From the NCBI GenBank assembly GCA_027449745.1, contig DAIDKZ010000205.1, forward strand, positions 1,798 through 65,797: a stretch of 64,000 bases of DNA, written 5' to 3'. Position numbers and translations under genes: made by a program. Shown piece after piece: positions 45,554 through 57,200 of this stretch (its first letter is position 1; every line of letters begins with the position of its first letter). Below the pieces are notes generated by a model that had not been told where the DNA came from, did not search any database, and saw only the letters and a program-made list of their open reading frames with translations. The stretch comes from Acetobacteraceae bacterium (GTDB lineage: Bacteria > Pseudomonadota > Alphaproteobacteria > Acetobacterales > Acetobacteraceae).

Positions 45554-46515
45554 GCCCCCTCCGCCAGATGCCGGCGCGGGTCGGCGGCCTGCGACGGCGA
45601 CCAGCCGCGCAGGAATTCCGTCAGAGCCGCGTCGGCGGTGCCGATGCTGACTTTCAGCGTCACGTACTGGTCGCCCGCCGGCCGGCCGCCATGGGCCGGT
45701 ACGCCGCGCCCGCGCAGGCGCAGGCGGGTGCCGCTGTCGGAACCGGGAGGAATGGCGAGGCTGACCCGCCCGGCGACGGTGGGCACGTCGATCTTCGCGC
45801 CCAGCACCGCTTCCTTGAGGCTGACCGGCAGCTCGAGATGGATGTCGTCGCCGTCGCGGCGGAAATGCGGATGCGCTGCGACCGCGATCTCCACCATCGC
45901 GTCCCCCGGCGGGCCGCCATTGAGCCCGGCGCCGCCCTGGCCGGCGAGCCGCAGCACCTGGCCATCGGCGAGGCCGGGAGGGATGCGCACGGCGATGTCC
46001 TTGCCGTCGGGCAGGGTGATGCGCCGAGTCGCGCCGTTGACGGCTTCGAGGAAGCTGACCGTGAGGTGGTAGAGATGGTCCTGGCCGCGCAGCCGCATCG
46101 CCTCGCCCCCGCCGCCGGAGCGGAAGAAGCTGCCGAGAATGTCGCCCAGCTCCTCCTCGGACAGGCCGCTTTCGCCGCCGGAATCGGCGGGACCCCGCGG
46201 GCGATGGCGCGCGCCGTAGCGCGTCCCGTACCGCGTCCCTTGGGCGCCCTCGGCGTGGCTGCGGTAGTAGGCCCGCTCCGGCTTTTCCTGGCCGGAGGCG
46301 TCGATCTCGCCGCGGTCGTAGCGCCCCCGCTTGTCGGCGTCGGAGAGCAGTTCGTAGGCGGCGGAAATCGATTTGAACCGCTCTTCGGCGGCGCGGTCGC
46401 CGGGGTTCAGATCCGGGTGGTTCTGCTTGGCCAGTTTGCGATAGGCGCGTCGAATCTCGTCCGCGCTGGCGGTCCGGCCGACGCCGAGACGCTCATAGGG
46501 ATCCTGTTCGGGCAA
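45550..46515 (-). CDS. cbpA: DnaJ-domain curved-DNA-binding protein CbpA-like
   Basis: J domain DPYERLGV....[22 protein letters not shown] with HPD. No Zn-finger region. DnaJ C-terminal domains present. TTG start preceded by GGAGG. Confidence 0.85.
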   Translation of the reverse strand: MPEQDPYERLGVGRTASADEIRRAYRKLAKQNHPDLNPGDRAAEERFKSISAAYELLSDADKRGRYDRGEIDASGQEKPERAYYRSHAEGAQGTRYGTRYGARHRPRGPADSGGESGLSEEELGDILGSFFRSGGGGEAMRLRGQDHLYHLTVSFLEAVNGATRRITLPDGKDIAVRIPPGLADGQVLRLAGQGGAGLNGGPPGDAMVEIAVAAHPHFRRDGDDIHLELPVSLKEAVLGAKIDVPTVAGRVSLAIPPGSDSGTRLRLRGRGVPAHGGRPAGDQYVTLKVSIGTADAALTEFLRGWSPSQAADPRRHLAEGA

Positions 46516-46516
46516 C

Positions 46517-47920
46517 TCAATCCGCCTCCTGTTGCGCCGCGCGCCGCCCGGGCCGGGCCAGGCGCGCCGAACTCACCACCGCACCGGCAGCCGAGAAGCT
46601 TGCCGCCAGCAGCAGCGTCACGCGGGCCCCATCCGTCCCGGCGAGGGCGAACACCAGGGCAACCAGCGCCGCCCCGACGGTCTGCCCGGTCAGCCGCGCG
46701 GTGGAGAGCATGCCGCTCGCCCCGCCGCTGCGTCCGGCCGGCGCGGCCGCCAGCATGGCGCGGTTGTTCGGCGACTGGAAGAGGCCGAAGCCGATGCCGC
46801 AAATGCCCATCCGCCAGACGATGTCCAGCCCGCTCGGCTGCACCGGCAGTTGCGCCAGGGCGAGCAGGCCGGCGAGCATGGCGCCGAGGCCGATGCCGCA
46901 CAGGATCCCGGGCGGATAACGGTCGGCGAGACGGCCGGAGATCGGCGCGACCAGCGCCAGGGAGGCCGGCCAGGCGCTCATCAGCAACCCGGTTTCCACC
47001 TGGTTCCGCCCGAGCGGGCCTTGCAGGAAGAAGGGCAGCGAGACCAGCGCCAGGGTCTGCGCGCCGAAGGCGCCGACCGAGGTGCCGACGGCCAGTGCGA
47101 AGTCGGCCCGGCGCAGCAGATCGATGGGGAACAGCGGCGCGGTTCTCGCGCGCTGGCGCTCGACCAGCAGCGCCAGAGTGATCGCCGCGGCCAGCAGTTC
47201 GAGCCCGGCGAGCCGCGCGCCCAGCCCATGGGCGAAGCCGCTGATCGCGGTGATCAGCAGGCCGAAGGCGAGCGCGTTGAGCAGCGCGCTCGGCATGTCG
47301 AAGCGGTGTGCGGTGCCGGCGCTGTCGGGCAGGGTGCGCCGGGCGATGGCCAGCGCGGCGATGCCGAACGGGATGTCGATCGCGAACAGAAACGGCCAGG
47401 AGGCGATGGCGAGAATGCCGGCGGCGACGGTCGGGCCGGCGGCGGAGGAGATCGCCACGATCAGCGCGTTCATGCCGAGCCCGCGCCCGAGCCGGTCGCG
47501 CGGATGGATGATGCGCACCAGGGCGGTGTTCACGCTCATGATGCCGGCGGCGCCGAAACCCTGGACGATGCGGGCCACCGTCAGGAGGGCCAGCGAGCCG
47601 GTGAAGGCGCAGGCGAAGGAGGCCAGCGCGCCGGCGGTGAAGATCGCCAGCCCGGCGCGGTAGATGCGGGCATAGCCGAGACTGTCGCCAAGCGAGGCCA
47701 GCGGCAGCAGCGAGACCATGACGGCGAGCTGGAAGGCGTTGACCACCCAGATCGCCGCCATCGGCGTGGCGCGCAGATCGCGCGCGATGGTCGGCAGGGC
47801 GACGTTGACCGCGGCCGCGTCCAGCACGGCGAGGGAAATGGTCAGCGCGATGGTCGCCATCGCCCAGGCGCGCGGGCCAGCGGGCAGTCCGTCCTCGGGC
47901 AGCGCGGCGGGGGGCTCCAT
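46517..47920 (-). CDS. MFS transporter, DHA2 (14-TMS drug:H+ antiporter)-like
   Basis: ORF 46517..47920. Motifs [17 protein letters not shown] and G.L.D..G. Confidence 0.85.
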   Translation of the reverse strand: MEPPAALPEDGLPAGPRAWAMATIALTISLAVLDAAAVNVALPTIARDLRATPMAAIWVVNAFQLAVMVSLLPLASLGDSLGYARIYRAGLAIFTAGALASFACAFTGSLALLTVARIVQGFGAAGIMSVNTALVRIIHPRDRLGRGLGMNALIVAISSAAGPTVAAGILAIASWPFLFAIDIPFGIAALAIARRTLPDSAGTAHRFDMPSALLNALAFGLLITAISGFAHGLGARLAGLELLAAAITLALLVERQRARTAPLFPIDLLRRADFALAVGTSVGAFGAQTLALVSLPFFLQGPLGRNQVETGLLMSAWPASLALVAPISGRLADRYPPGILCGIGLGAMLAGLLALAQLPVQPSGLDIVWRMGICGIGFGLFQSPNNRAMLAAAPAGRSGGASGMLSTARLTGQTVGAALVALVFALAGTDGARVTLLLAASFSAAGAVVSSARLARPGRRAAQQEAD

Positions 47921-48051
47921 AGCTGCCTTGTCGCCTTGGATGGCGGCGAGGGCAAGGCGGGCGAGACCGTGCAGCCATGCGTCGTCGCACGCTGCCGGGA
48001 CACCTATATCCTGTGGTGAAGTCCTGCTTTACCGATCTCCGGAGACACGCC

Positions 48052-48297
48052 ATGTCCGCATCTGCTCAATCCGCCGGGTCCGTGCCCCAGCCTGGCGTCG
48101 TTCTGGCCATCGAGGGCATGCACTGCGATGGCTGCGTCCGCTCGGTTTCACGCGTGCTCACCCGTATCGAGGGCGTCGAGGCGGCCGAGGTCGATCTCGA
48201 ACGCGGCCGCGCCGTCATCCGCGGCGCCGCCGATCCGGCGGCGCTGGTGGCGGCGGTGCGCAAGGCCGGGTTCGGTGCCGAACTGGCTGCAGGGTAG
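48052..48297 (+). CDS. copZ: heavy-metal-associated (CopZ-like) metallochaperone
   Basis: ATG at 48052 after GGAGA. GMHCDGC metal-binding motif. 81 aa. Confidence 0.8.
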   Translation: MSASAQSAGSVPQPGVVLAIEGMHCDGCVRSVSRVLTRIEGVEAAEVDLERGRAVIRGAADPAALVAAVRKAGFGAELAAG

Positions 48298-48315
48298 CTG
48301 GGAGGACGGGCGAGC

Positions 48316-50691
<2,376 letters not shown>

Positions 50692-50742
50692 TCCCGTCCG
50701 GCACTTCCGTCACAACGGATGACCACGAGAAGGGGAACGCGC

Positions 50743-51948
50743 ATGCCGGACGTGGCGGGACACGGCATCGAGACACCGAAATACGGTTTCGTCGATGCGC
50801 TGCGCGGCTATGCGATCTTTCTCGTCATGGGTTGCCACGCTCTCTTGTCCTATTCGGGGTTGGTCTGGCCGGTGAAGCGCCTGGCCAGCCTGGGATGGCA
50901 CGGGGTGCAGTTGTTTTTCGTCGCCAGCAGTCTGACGCTGCTGCTGTCCTGGACCAACCGGGCGGGGCGTGAGGCGCGTCCCGCGGCCGCGTTCTTCATC
51001 CGCCGGGTGTTCCGGATCGCGCCGATGTATTATGCTGCATTTCTTGCCTATCTCGTCGTCGTCCCTCCCGGAGCAGCGTTTTCTCTCGTTCACGCCCTGG
51101 CGACATTGGGCTTCGTCAACGGCTGGAGCCCGGGGCTGCTGTCGATGGTCGAGGGCAGTTGGGCGGCGGTGCCCGGCAGTTGGAGCGTCGCGGACGAGTT
51201 CGGGTTCTACCTGTTCTTTCCGGTGCTCGCCGGGTTGATCACGACGCTGCCGCGGGCGGTTTTGGCGCTGCTCCTGTCGCTGGTCGCAGCCTTCCTGCTC
51301 AATCGTTTCGCCTTTCAGCTCTGGGTCGGGCCTTACGGCTGGAAGGCGACGGACCAGTTTCTCTATTACTGGCTGCCGAACCAGTTGCCGGTTTTCATGG
51401 TCGGCTTCTGCACCTTCCATGCCTTGGCCCGGCTGCATGCGCCGGATGGATGGGTAGGGGCGCGAGGGCTGATCGCGCGCCATGGCAGTGTGCTGGCCGC
51501 GCTGGCCTGGGTAGGGTTTTTCGCGCTCGGCTACGTCGTGCTGCCGCGCAAGCCGGTGCTGACGGTGCCTTTCCTGCCGGTGCACGTGATCGCCGCGATG
51601 GCGTTCGCGGTGCTGACTGTGGCGCTGGCGCTGGCGCCGCGCTCGCCGTTCAATAATCGTGCCATCCGCGCGCTCGGCCGTGTCAGCTTCAGCGCCTACC
51701 TGGTGCATTTCGGGGTCATCGACCTGCTTGGCCCTGCCATGCCAGGCGTGTTCGCGCTCGACTCGACCGGGATGGAGGGCATCTGGCGGGCGACACTATT
51801 TCTCGCCGCGGTCGTGGGCGTGACCTGGCTGATTTCGGCGGCAACGTTCCGGATTGTGGAGCAGCCGATGATCGGGCTGGGCAAGGCGCTGTGCGCGCGG
51901 CTTGGTGCGGCGCGTCCGATTGTCGCCGTCGGGTCCGCCCGTTCCTGA
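50743..51948 (+). CDS. acyltransferase family 3 (OafA/NolL-type O-acyltransferase) membrane protein
   Basis: ATG at 50743 after AAGGGGA. FVDALRGYAIFLVMGCH...GVQLFFV.S and R.FRI.P.Y, multi-TM. Confidence 0.8.
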   Translation: MPDVAGHGIETPKYGFVDALRGYAIFLVMGCHALLSYSGLVWPVKRLASLGWHGVQLFFVASSLTLLLSWTNRAGREARPAAAFFIRRVFRIAPMYYAAFLAYLVVVPPGAAFSLVHALATLGFVNGWSPGLLSMVEGSWAAVPGSWSVADEFGFYLFFPVLAGLITTLPRAVLALLLSLVAAFLLNRFAFQLWVGPYGWKATDQFLYYWLPNQLPVFMVGFCTFHALARLHAPDGWVGARGLIARHGSVLAALAWVGFFALGYVVLPRKPVLTVPFLPVHVIAAMAFAVLTVALALAPRSPFNNRAIRALGRVSFSAYLVHFGVIDLLGPAMPGVFALDSTGMEGIWRATLFLAAVVGVTWLISAATFRIVEQPMIGLGKALCARLGAARPIVAVGSARS

Positions 51949-51975
51949 AGTGATCCTGTCCGGCGCAACCGTGCG

Positions 51976-53892
51976 TCAGGCTGGGATCGCGACCCCCGCT
52001 GCCGGCGTCGGCGCGGTCACGTTGGCGAGGAACCCCTCGAAGACCAGCAGCAGCCACAGCGGCATCGCGTGGTCGAAGCGACCGGATTCGTGCTCATCGA
52101 GCAGCCGAACGGCGGCTTCGCGGCGGAAGAAGCCGCTGTCCATCATCGGCTCGCTGAGCAGGCGCGCGCGCACGGCGGCGATATCACGGCGGAGCCGCGT
52201 GCCGAGGGCGACGGCGAAGCCCTGCTTCGGGCGATAGAGGATCTCCTGCGGAAGATAGGGTTCCATCGCCGATTTGAGCAGGAATTTGCCTTCGCCGCCG
52301 CGCAGCTTGAGCGAGGCGGGCAGGCTTAGGCCGAAGCCGACGACTTCGTGGTCGAGGATCGGGCAGCGCACTTCCAGCGAATTGGCCATGCTGGTGCGGT
52401 CCACCTTGGTCAGGATGTCGCCGACCAGCCAGGTGTTGAGATCGACATATTGCGCCTGGCGCAGGGCATCGTCGGTGCCGGACTCGTCGATCAACGCGGC
52501 AATCCGATCGGCCGGATCGTAGCCGTCCAGCCGTGCCGCGAAGCGCTCGCTGAACAACGCCCTTCGCTGCTCCGCTTGCATCCGCTGCATCGTCGCGAAA
52601 TAGCCGAGCGCGGAGTCGAGGCTGATTTCGGTCAGCGTCGTCTTGGCCCGCAGCCAGCGCGGCGCACGGTCCAGCTTCGGATAGGCGCGGGCGAGGCGGC
52701 CGATCGCGTGGCGGCGCAGGGGGGCGGGGATGAACCGGCGCACCGCCTCGGTGAGCAGATGCCAGCGATAGCGGCGATAGCCGGCGAACACTTCGTCTCC
52801 GCCATCGCCCGATAGCGCGACGGTGACGTGGCGGCGGGTGAGCGCGCACACGCGATGCGTCGGCACCGAGGAATGGTCGCCGAACGGCTCGCCGAAGATT
52901 CCAGCCTGCGCGCGTGCGGCATCGATGTAGTCGACGCTTGTGCGGTCCGTGTGCTGCGCCGTGTCGTAGCGCCGCGCGACCATCTCGGCGAACGGCGATT
53001 CGTCCTCTGCACCCTCGAAGCCGATGGTGAACGTAGCCAGCGGGCCGTCATGCTGGCTGGCTGCAAGGGCGACGACGGCGCTGGAATCGACGCCGCCGGA
53101 GAGGAAGGCGCCGAGCGGCACGTCCGACATCAGCCGTGCGCCCGTCTGCCGGTGCAGCAGCGCGGTGAGCTGCGCGCGAGCTTCCGTCTCGTCGAGCGCG
53201 CGTTCCGCCGCTGGCGCACGCCAGTAGCGCCGCGGGGTGGCGGGTTCGGCGCCGTGTTCGAGAAGTAGGTAGTGCGCCGCCGGAAGTTTCTCGATATCTG
53301 CATAGATCGAGGCCGGGTCCGGCACGTAGCCGTAGGCGAAGAAATCGGCCACGGCATCATCGCGGATGCGGCGCGGCAGGTCCGGAACCTCCGCCAGCGC
53401 CGCGAGTTCGGAGGCGAAATAGAGCGTGCCGTCGGCGCCGCGGCCGTAATAGAGCGGCTTCTTGCCGAGCCGGTCGCGGGCGAGGAAGAGCTGGCGGCGG
53501 TTGGCGTCCCACAGCGCGAAGGCGAACATGCCCGAAAGGTGCTGCAGACAGTCCGGTCCCCAGCTTTCCCAGGCATGGATGATGGCTTCCGTGTCGCAGC
53601 GATTGCGGAAGACATGGCCCTTGGCGAGCAGGGTCTCGCGCAGGGCGACGTGGTTGTAGATCTCGCCGTTGAAGACGATGGCGACGGTGCCGTCCTCATT
53701 GTACATGGGCTGATCGCCGCCGCCGATATCGATGATCGCCAGGCGGCGATGGCCGAGGCCGATGCCGGGCGCGACGTAGAACCCGTCGCCGTCCGGCCCG
53801 CGATGGCGCAGCGCCGTGGTCATGCGGCGCAGCAGCGCAGCATCGACCCGGGCTGCGGCCTGCTGGTGGAAAATTCCCGCGAGTCCACACAT
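51976..53892 (-). CDS. asparagine synthase (glutamine-hydrolysing) family amidotransferase
   Basis: Ntn amidotransferase start MCGLAG (ATG at 53892). SGGVDSS PP-loop motif. Confidence 0.9.
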   Translation of the reverse strand: MCGLAGIFHQQAAARVDAALLRRMTTALRHRGPDGDGFYVAPGIGLGHRRLAIIDIGGGDQPMYNEDGTVAIVFNGEIYNHVALRETLLAKGHVFRNRCDTEAIIHAWESWGPDCLQHLSGMFAFALWDANRRQLFLARDRLGKKPLYYGRGADGTLYFASELAALAEVPDLPRRIRDDAVADFFAYGYVPDPASIYADIEKLPAAHYLLLEHGAEPATPRRYWRAPAAERALDETEARAQLTALLHRQTGARLMSDVPLGAFLSGGVDSSAVVALAASQHDGPLATFTIGFEGAEDESPFAEMVARRYDTAQHTDRTSVDYIDAARAQAGIFGEPFGDHSSVPTHRVCALTRRHVTVALSGDGGDEVFAGYRRYRWHLLTEAVRRFIPAPLRRHAIGRLARAYPKLDRAPRWLRAKTTLTEISLDSALGYFATMQRMQAEQRRALFSERFAARLDGYDPADRIAALIDESGTDDALRQAQYVDLNTWLVGDILTKVDRTSMANSLEVRCPILDHEVVGFGLSLPASLKLRGGEGKFLLKSAMEPYLPQEILYRPKQGFAVALGTRLRRDIAAVRARLLSEPMMDSGFFRREAAVRLLDEHESGRFDHAMPLWLLLVFEGFLANVTAPTPAAGVAIPA

Positions 53893-54260
53893 CGCCGCCC
53901 CCACGTCCTGCCGCCAAGTGATGCACGCCGCCCACAGGCCGCGACGATCGTCCCGTGCCGCTCACGGAGAATTGACCAACCGGCTTTCGATTCGGTAAAT
54001 CGTCACGGGCATCGGCGGGCGCGGTCGCGTAGTCGTGCGTGCGAGTCTAGACGGTGCCCGCGTGCCTGTCAGCAGCCGCGCTGGTGTTCTGCCAGTGCGT
54101 CCCGTTTTCTGCGTGCCGTTTCGCAGTTCGCAACGCGTTGCGACTTGCTGTGGCGCGCGCGTGTGCGCGACCCGGCGGACTGGTCGTTTTCAGACTTCGT
54201 TCACGATCTCGTGTGATTGTCTAACAAATGCTACGATCTCTTTTAGTGGGAGCATTCTAA

Positions 54261-57200
54261 ATGAGTGGAACTTCAAGCGCAAGCGCGGAATCCGTCCCAG
54301 CGGTGCCGCAACCCCAGGCCCAGGGCGACATCGTCGGCCTGGTCCTGCAGAACGCGCAGGGGACCGCGCTGCCCTCGCAATATGTCAGTTTCGGCCAGGT
54401 TTTCGCCGCCGGCGCGGTGCCGCCCTCGGCGCAGCTGGTCGCCTATGTCGATGGCCACACCATTCCCGTCCAAATGGACGTCAAGACCACCAACGCCGAC
54501 GGTTCGGTGGCGATGGCCGTGCTCACCCTGCTCCAGCCGGCGCTCGCCGCCGGCGCGTCGGCCGGGGTGATGCTGTCGCTGGCACCAGCCGCCACGACCG
54601 CGCCAGCCGCCACGACCGCGCCGGCAGCCGCGACCGTTGCCAGCGAGATGGCGGCGCACGGCTACGACGTCGCCGTCAATCTCGCGATCCAGGGCGGCAG
54701 CACCTACACGCTGAACGTCGCCAATCTGCTGAGTGCGGCCGCGCCCGGCAGCGTGACGAAGCTGATGAGCGGCCCGCAGGCGACCGAGGTCCAGTTCCAG
54801 ACCGATGTCACCAGTTCGCTGCGCATGGTCTTCAACGTCACCGCCTATGCCGACGGGACGTTCAAAACCGACGTGCAGTTCAACAACGACCTCGCCATGC
54901 AGCCCACGGGCGGGACGCTGACCTACAGCGCCACGATCACGCAGGGCGGCGCGACGGCCTATCAGGTCAACAACCTGACGCAATACCAGTATGAAGACTG
55001 GAACAAGACGATCTACACCGGCAGCGCCGCACCGGGCGTCAATGTCCAGCACGACATCGCCTATCTCGAACAGAACGGCGTGATCCCGAATTATGACTAT
55101 GTCGACGGTGCTCCCAGATCCTACATCGCCACTGAGGCGACCCAGATCGCCAGCGCCGGGTGGAATGCGCCGCTCACAAGCGATGGAATTACGCAATACA
55201 TGCCGATGACCGGCGGGCGAGCGGATATCGGCCCGACGACGAGCACCAATGCGATCTGGCTGATGACGCAGGATCCCACCGCGGCGCAGTATGCGCTGGG
55301 CCAGGCGCAAGCGGGAGCCGGGGTTCCGTGGAATTTCTATAACCCGCAGGCCGGAACCTGGCTTAACACCTCGCAGTACCCCAGCCTGGAAAGTACGGGA
55401 TGGGGAAGCGGCGTGACGACGCTGACCCAGGGGGTGAACCCGACCAATAACGGTTGGACACCGGATGTGTCGCATCAGCCAGACCTGTTCTACGACGCCT
55501 ACATCCTGACCGGGAACCAGACCTACCTCGATGCGCTCAACGCTCAGGCGGCATATGGGGTTAGTTCGCTATGGCCCGCGATGCGCGACAACGCGATTGG
55601 AAGCACCACACCAAACAATGTGATCTTCGGTAATCAGCTGCGTGGCGCAGCCTGGACGCTGCGTCAGGTTGATGAGGCGGCCTACGCCAATCGCACTGGG
55701 TCGGCGGAGAAGGCGTATTTCGCCACCGTCATGAATGACAATTGGAGCTGGCTCGCCAGCCAGTTGCCATCACTGACGAAGCTCGAAGGGCAGGCGGCCG
55801 GTTGGATTCCGGACCCGTATGGGAACCCGCTCGCAACCGCGCCGTGGATGCAGGACTATTTCGTCAGCACCGCGGTCGAGGCGGCCCAGATGGGCAACCA
55901 GAACGCGGTCACCTACCTGAAATGGGCGACGAACTTCATCGCCGGCGCCGTCCTCAATCTTGGCTCGGATGGCATAAACTACAATCTGGACGTCTATTCG
56001 GTGGCGAATGCCCCGACCTCCAACGGACAAATCTACTGGAGCTCGGCAACGAACTCCTGGGCCTACTGGCAGCCGCTCACGACGTGGAGCGCGATCGAGC
56101 AGAACCAGCAGGCCGCCGGGAACGCGAACGGCACGAGCTGGGCGCAGAGCAATGGCGACTTCGGCGCGCTGCAGATGCAGGCCCTCGCCGGCATCATCAC
56201 CGTCACCCAGTCCACCGAGGCGATGCAGGCCTTCGCCGAGATCGCCGGCAGCGGTGCGCCTTACACCAGTGCGGCCGCGATCCAGGCGCAGTCCCAGTTC
56301 GACATCGTGCCGCGCATGCCGGACGGGCATCTGCTCACGCTGGGCAATCTGTTCACCTTCGACAGCACCGCGCCCGGGATCGATCGCGGCGCCGGCACGG
56401 CCGACCAGCTCATCGTCGAGATGGGCAATGCGAATGTCACGCTCGCGGGCGGTAATGGCGGGGCGAACATTCTGGCGACGTTTGGCGCCGGCAACGATGT
56501 GCTGCAAGGCGGCAGCCAGGGGAATTTCATCTTCGGCGGGCCCGGCGCGGACACGATCATCGGCGGTGCCGGCACGAACTACATGAAGGCCGGAAGCGGC
56601 GCGACCACCTTCATTCTCAACAGCGCCGTCCAGGCCACCGATACGATCGACGGGTTCAATCTCAGCAACGATCACATCGACATCGTCGGCAGTTCCGGCC
56701 AGGCGCTGGAGCCCGAGCAGATCAATGCAATCATTGCCGGCGCGACCACGGACGCGGCAGGCAACGCCGTTCTCTCTCTCGGTGGCGGCCACCTCGTGAC
56801 ACTCGACGGCGTCGCGCTGTCGCAACTCTCGCCGTCGCTCTTCGCGCCTGCCCCGGCGCCCGTCATCAGCGGCAGCAGCGGCGCCGTCTCGTCCACATTG
56901 CCGCCGCCGACGACCCCGCCGCCAGTGACGTCATCGACGTCCGGCACGGGGCCGATGACCCTGACCAGTTCGGGCCAGTCGGTGACGGGTGGATCGTCGC
57001 TGCTGACGGTCGTGGACCAGGCCGGCGGCAACACGGTGACGGGTGGCGCGGGCGGGCTGGTGTTCAGCACCACGGCGGGCGGCGACCTGATCCAGACCGC
57101 TGCGGCTGCGACGGACACGATCGACCTCGCGCTGGCGAGCACGGTGGTCAGCAACGGCACTGACGTGATCAACGGCGGCACCGTGGGGGCGAACCAGACC

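Noticed and set aside
47921-48051. CueR/MerR-type operator (long-spacer promoter with dyad) upstream of copZ-copA
   Set aside because: I could not find a convincing dyad or a -35/-10 pair with 19-20-bp spacing. No merR-family regulator gene lies adjacent.
54035-54994. 319-aa plus-strand ORF overlapping the start of the giant gene
   Set aside because: It is out of frame with the 1652-aa gene, Arg/Gly-rich, and begins in the intergenic region without an SD sequence. The frame at 54261 has the coherent protein.
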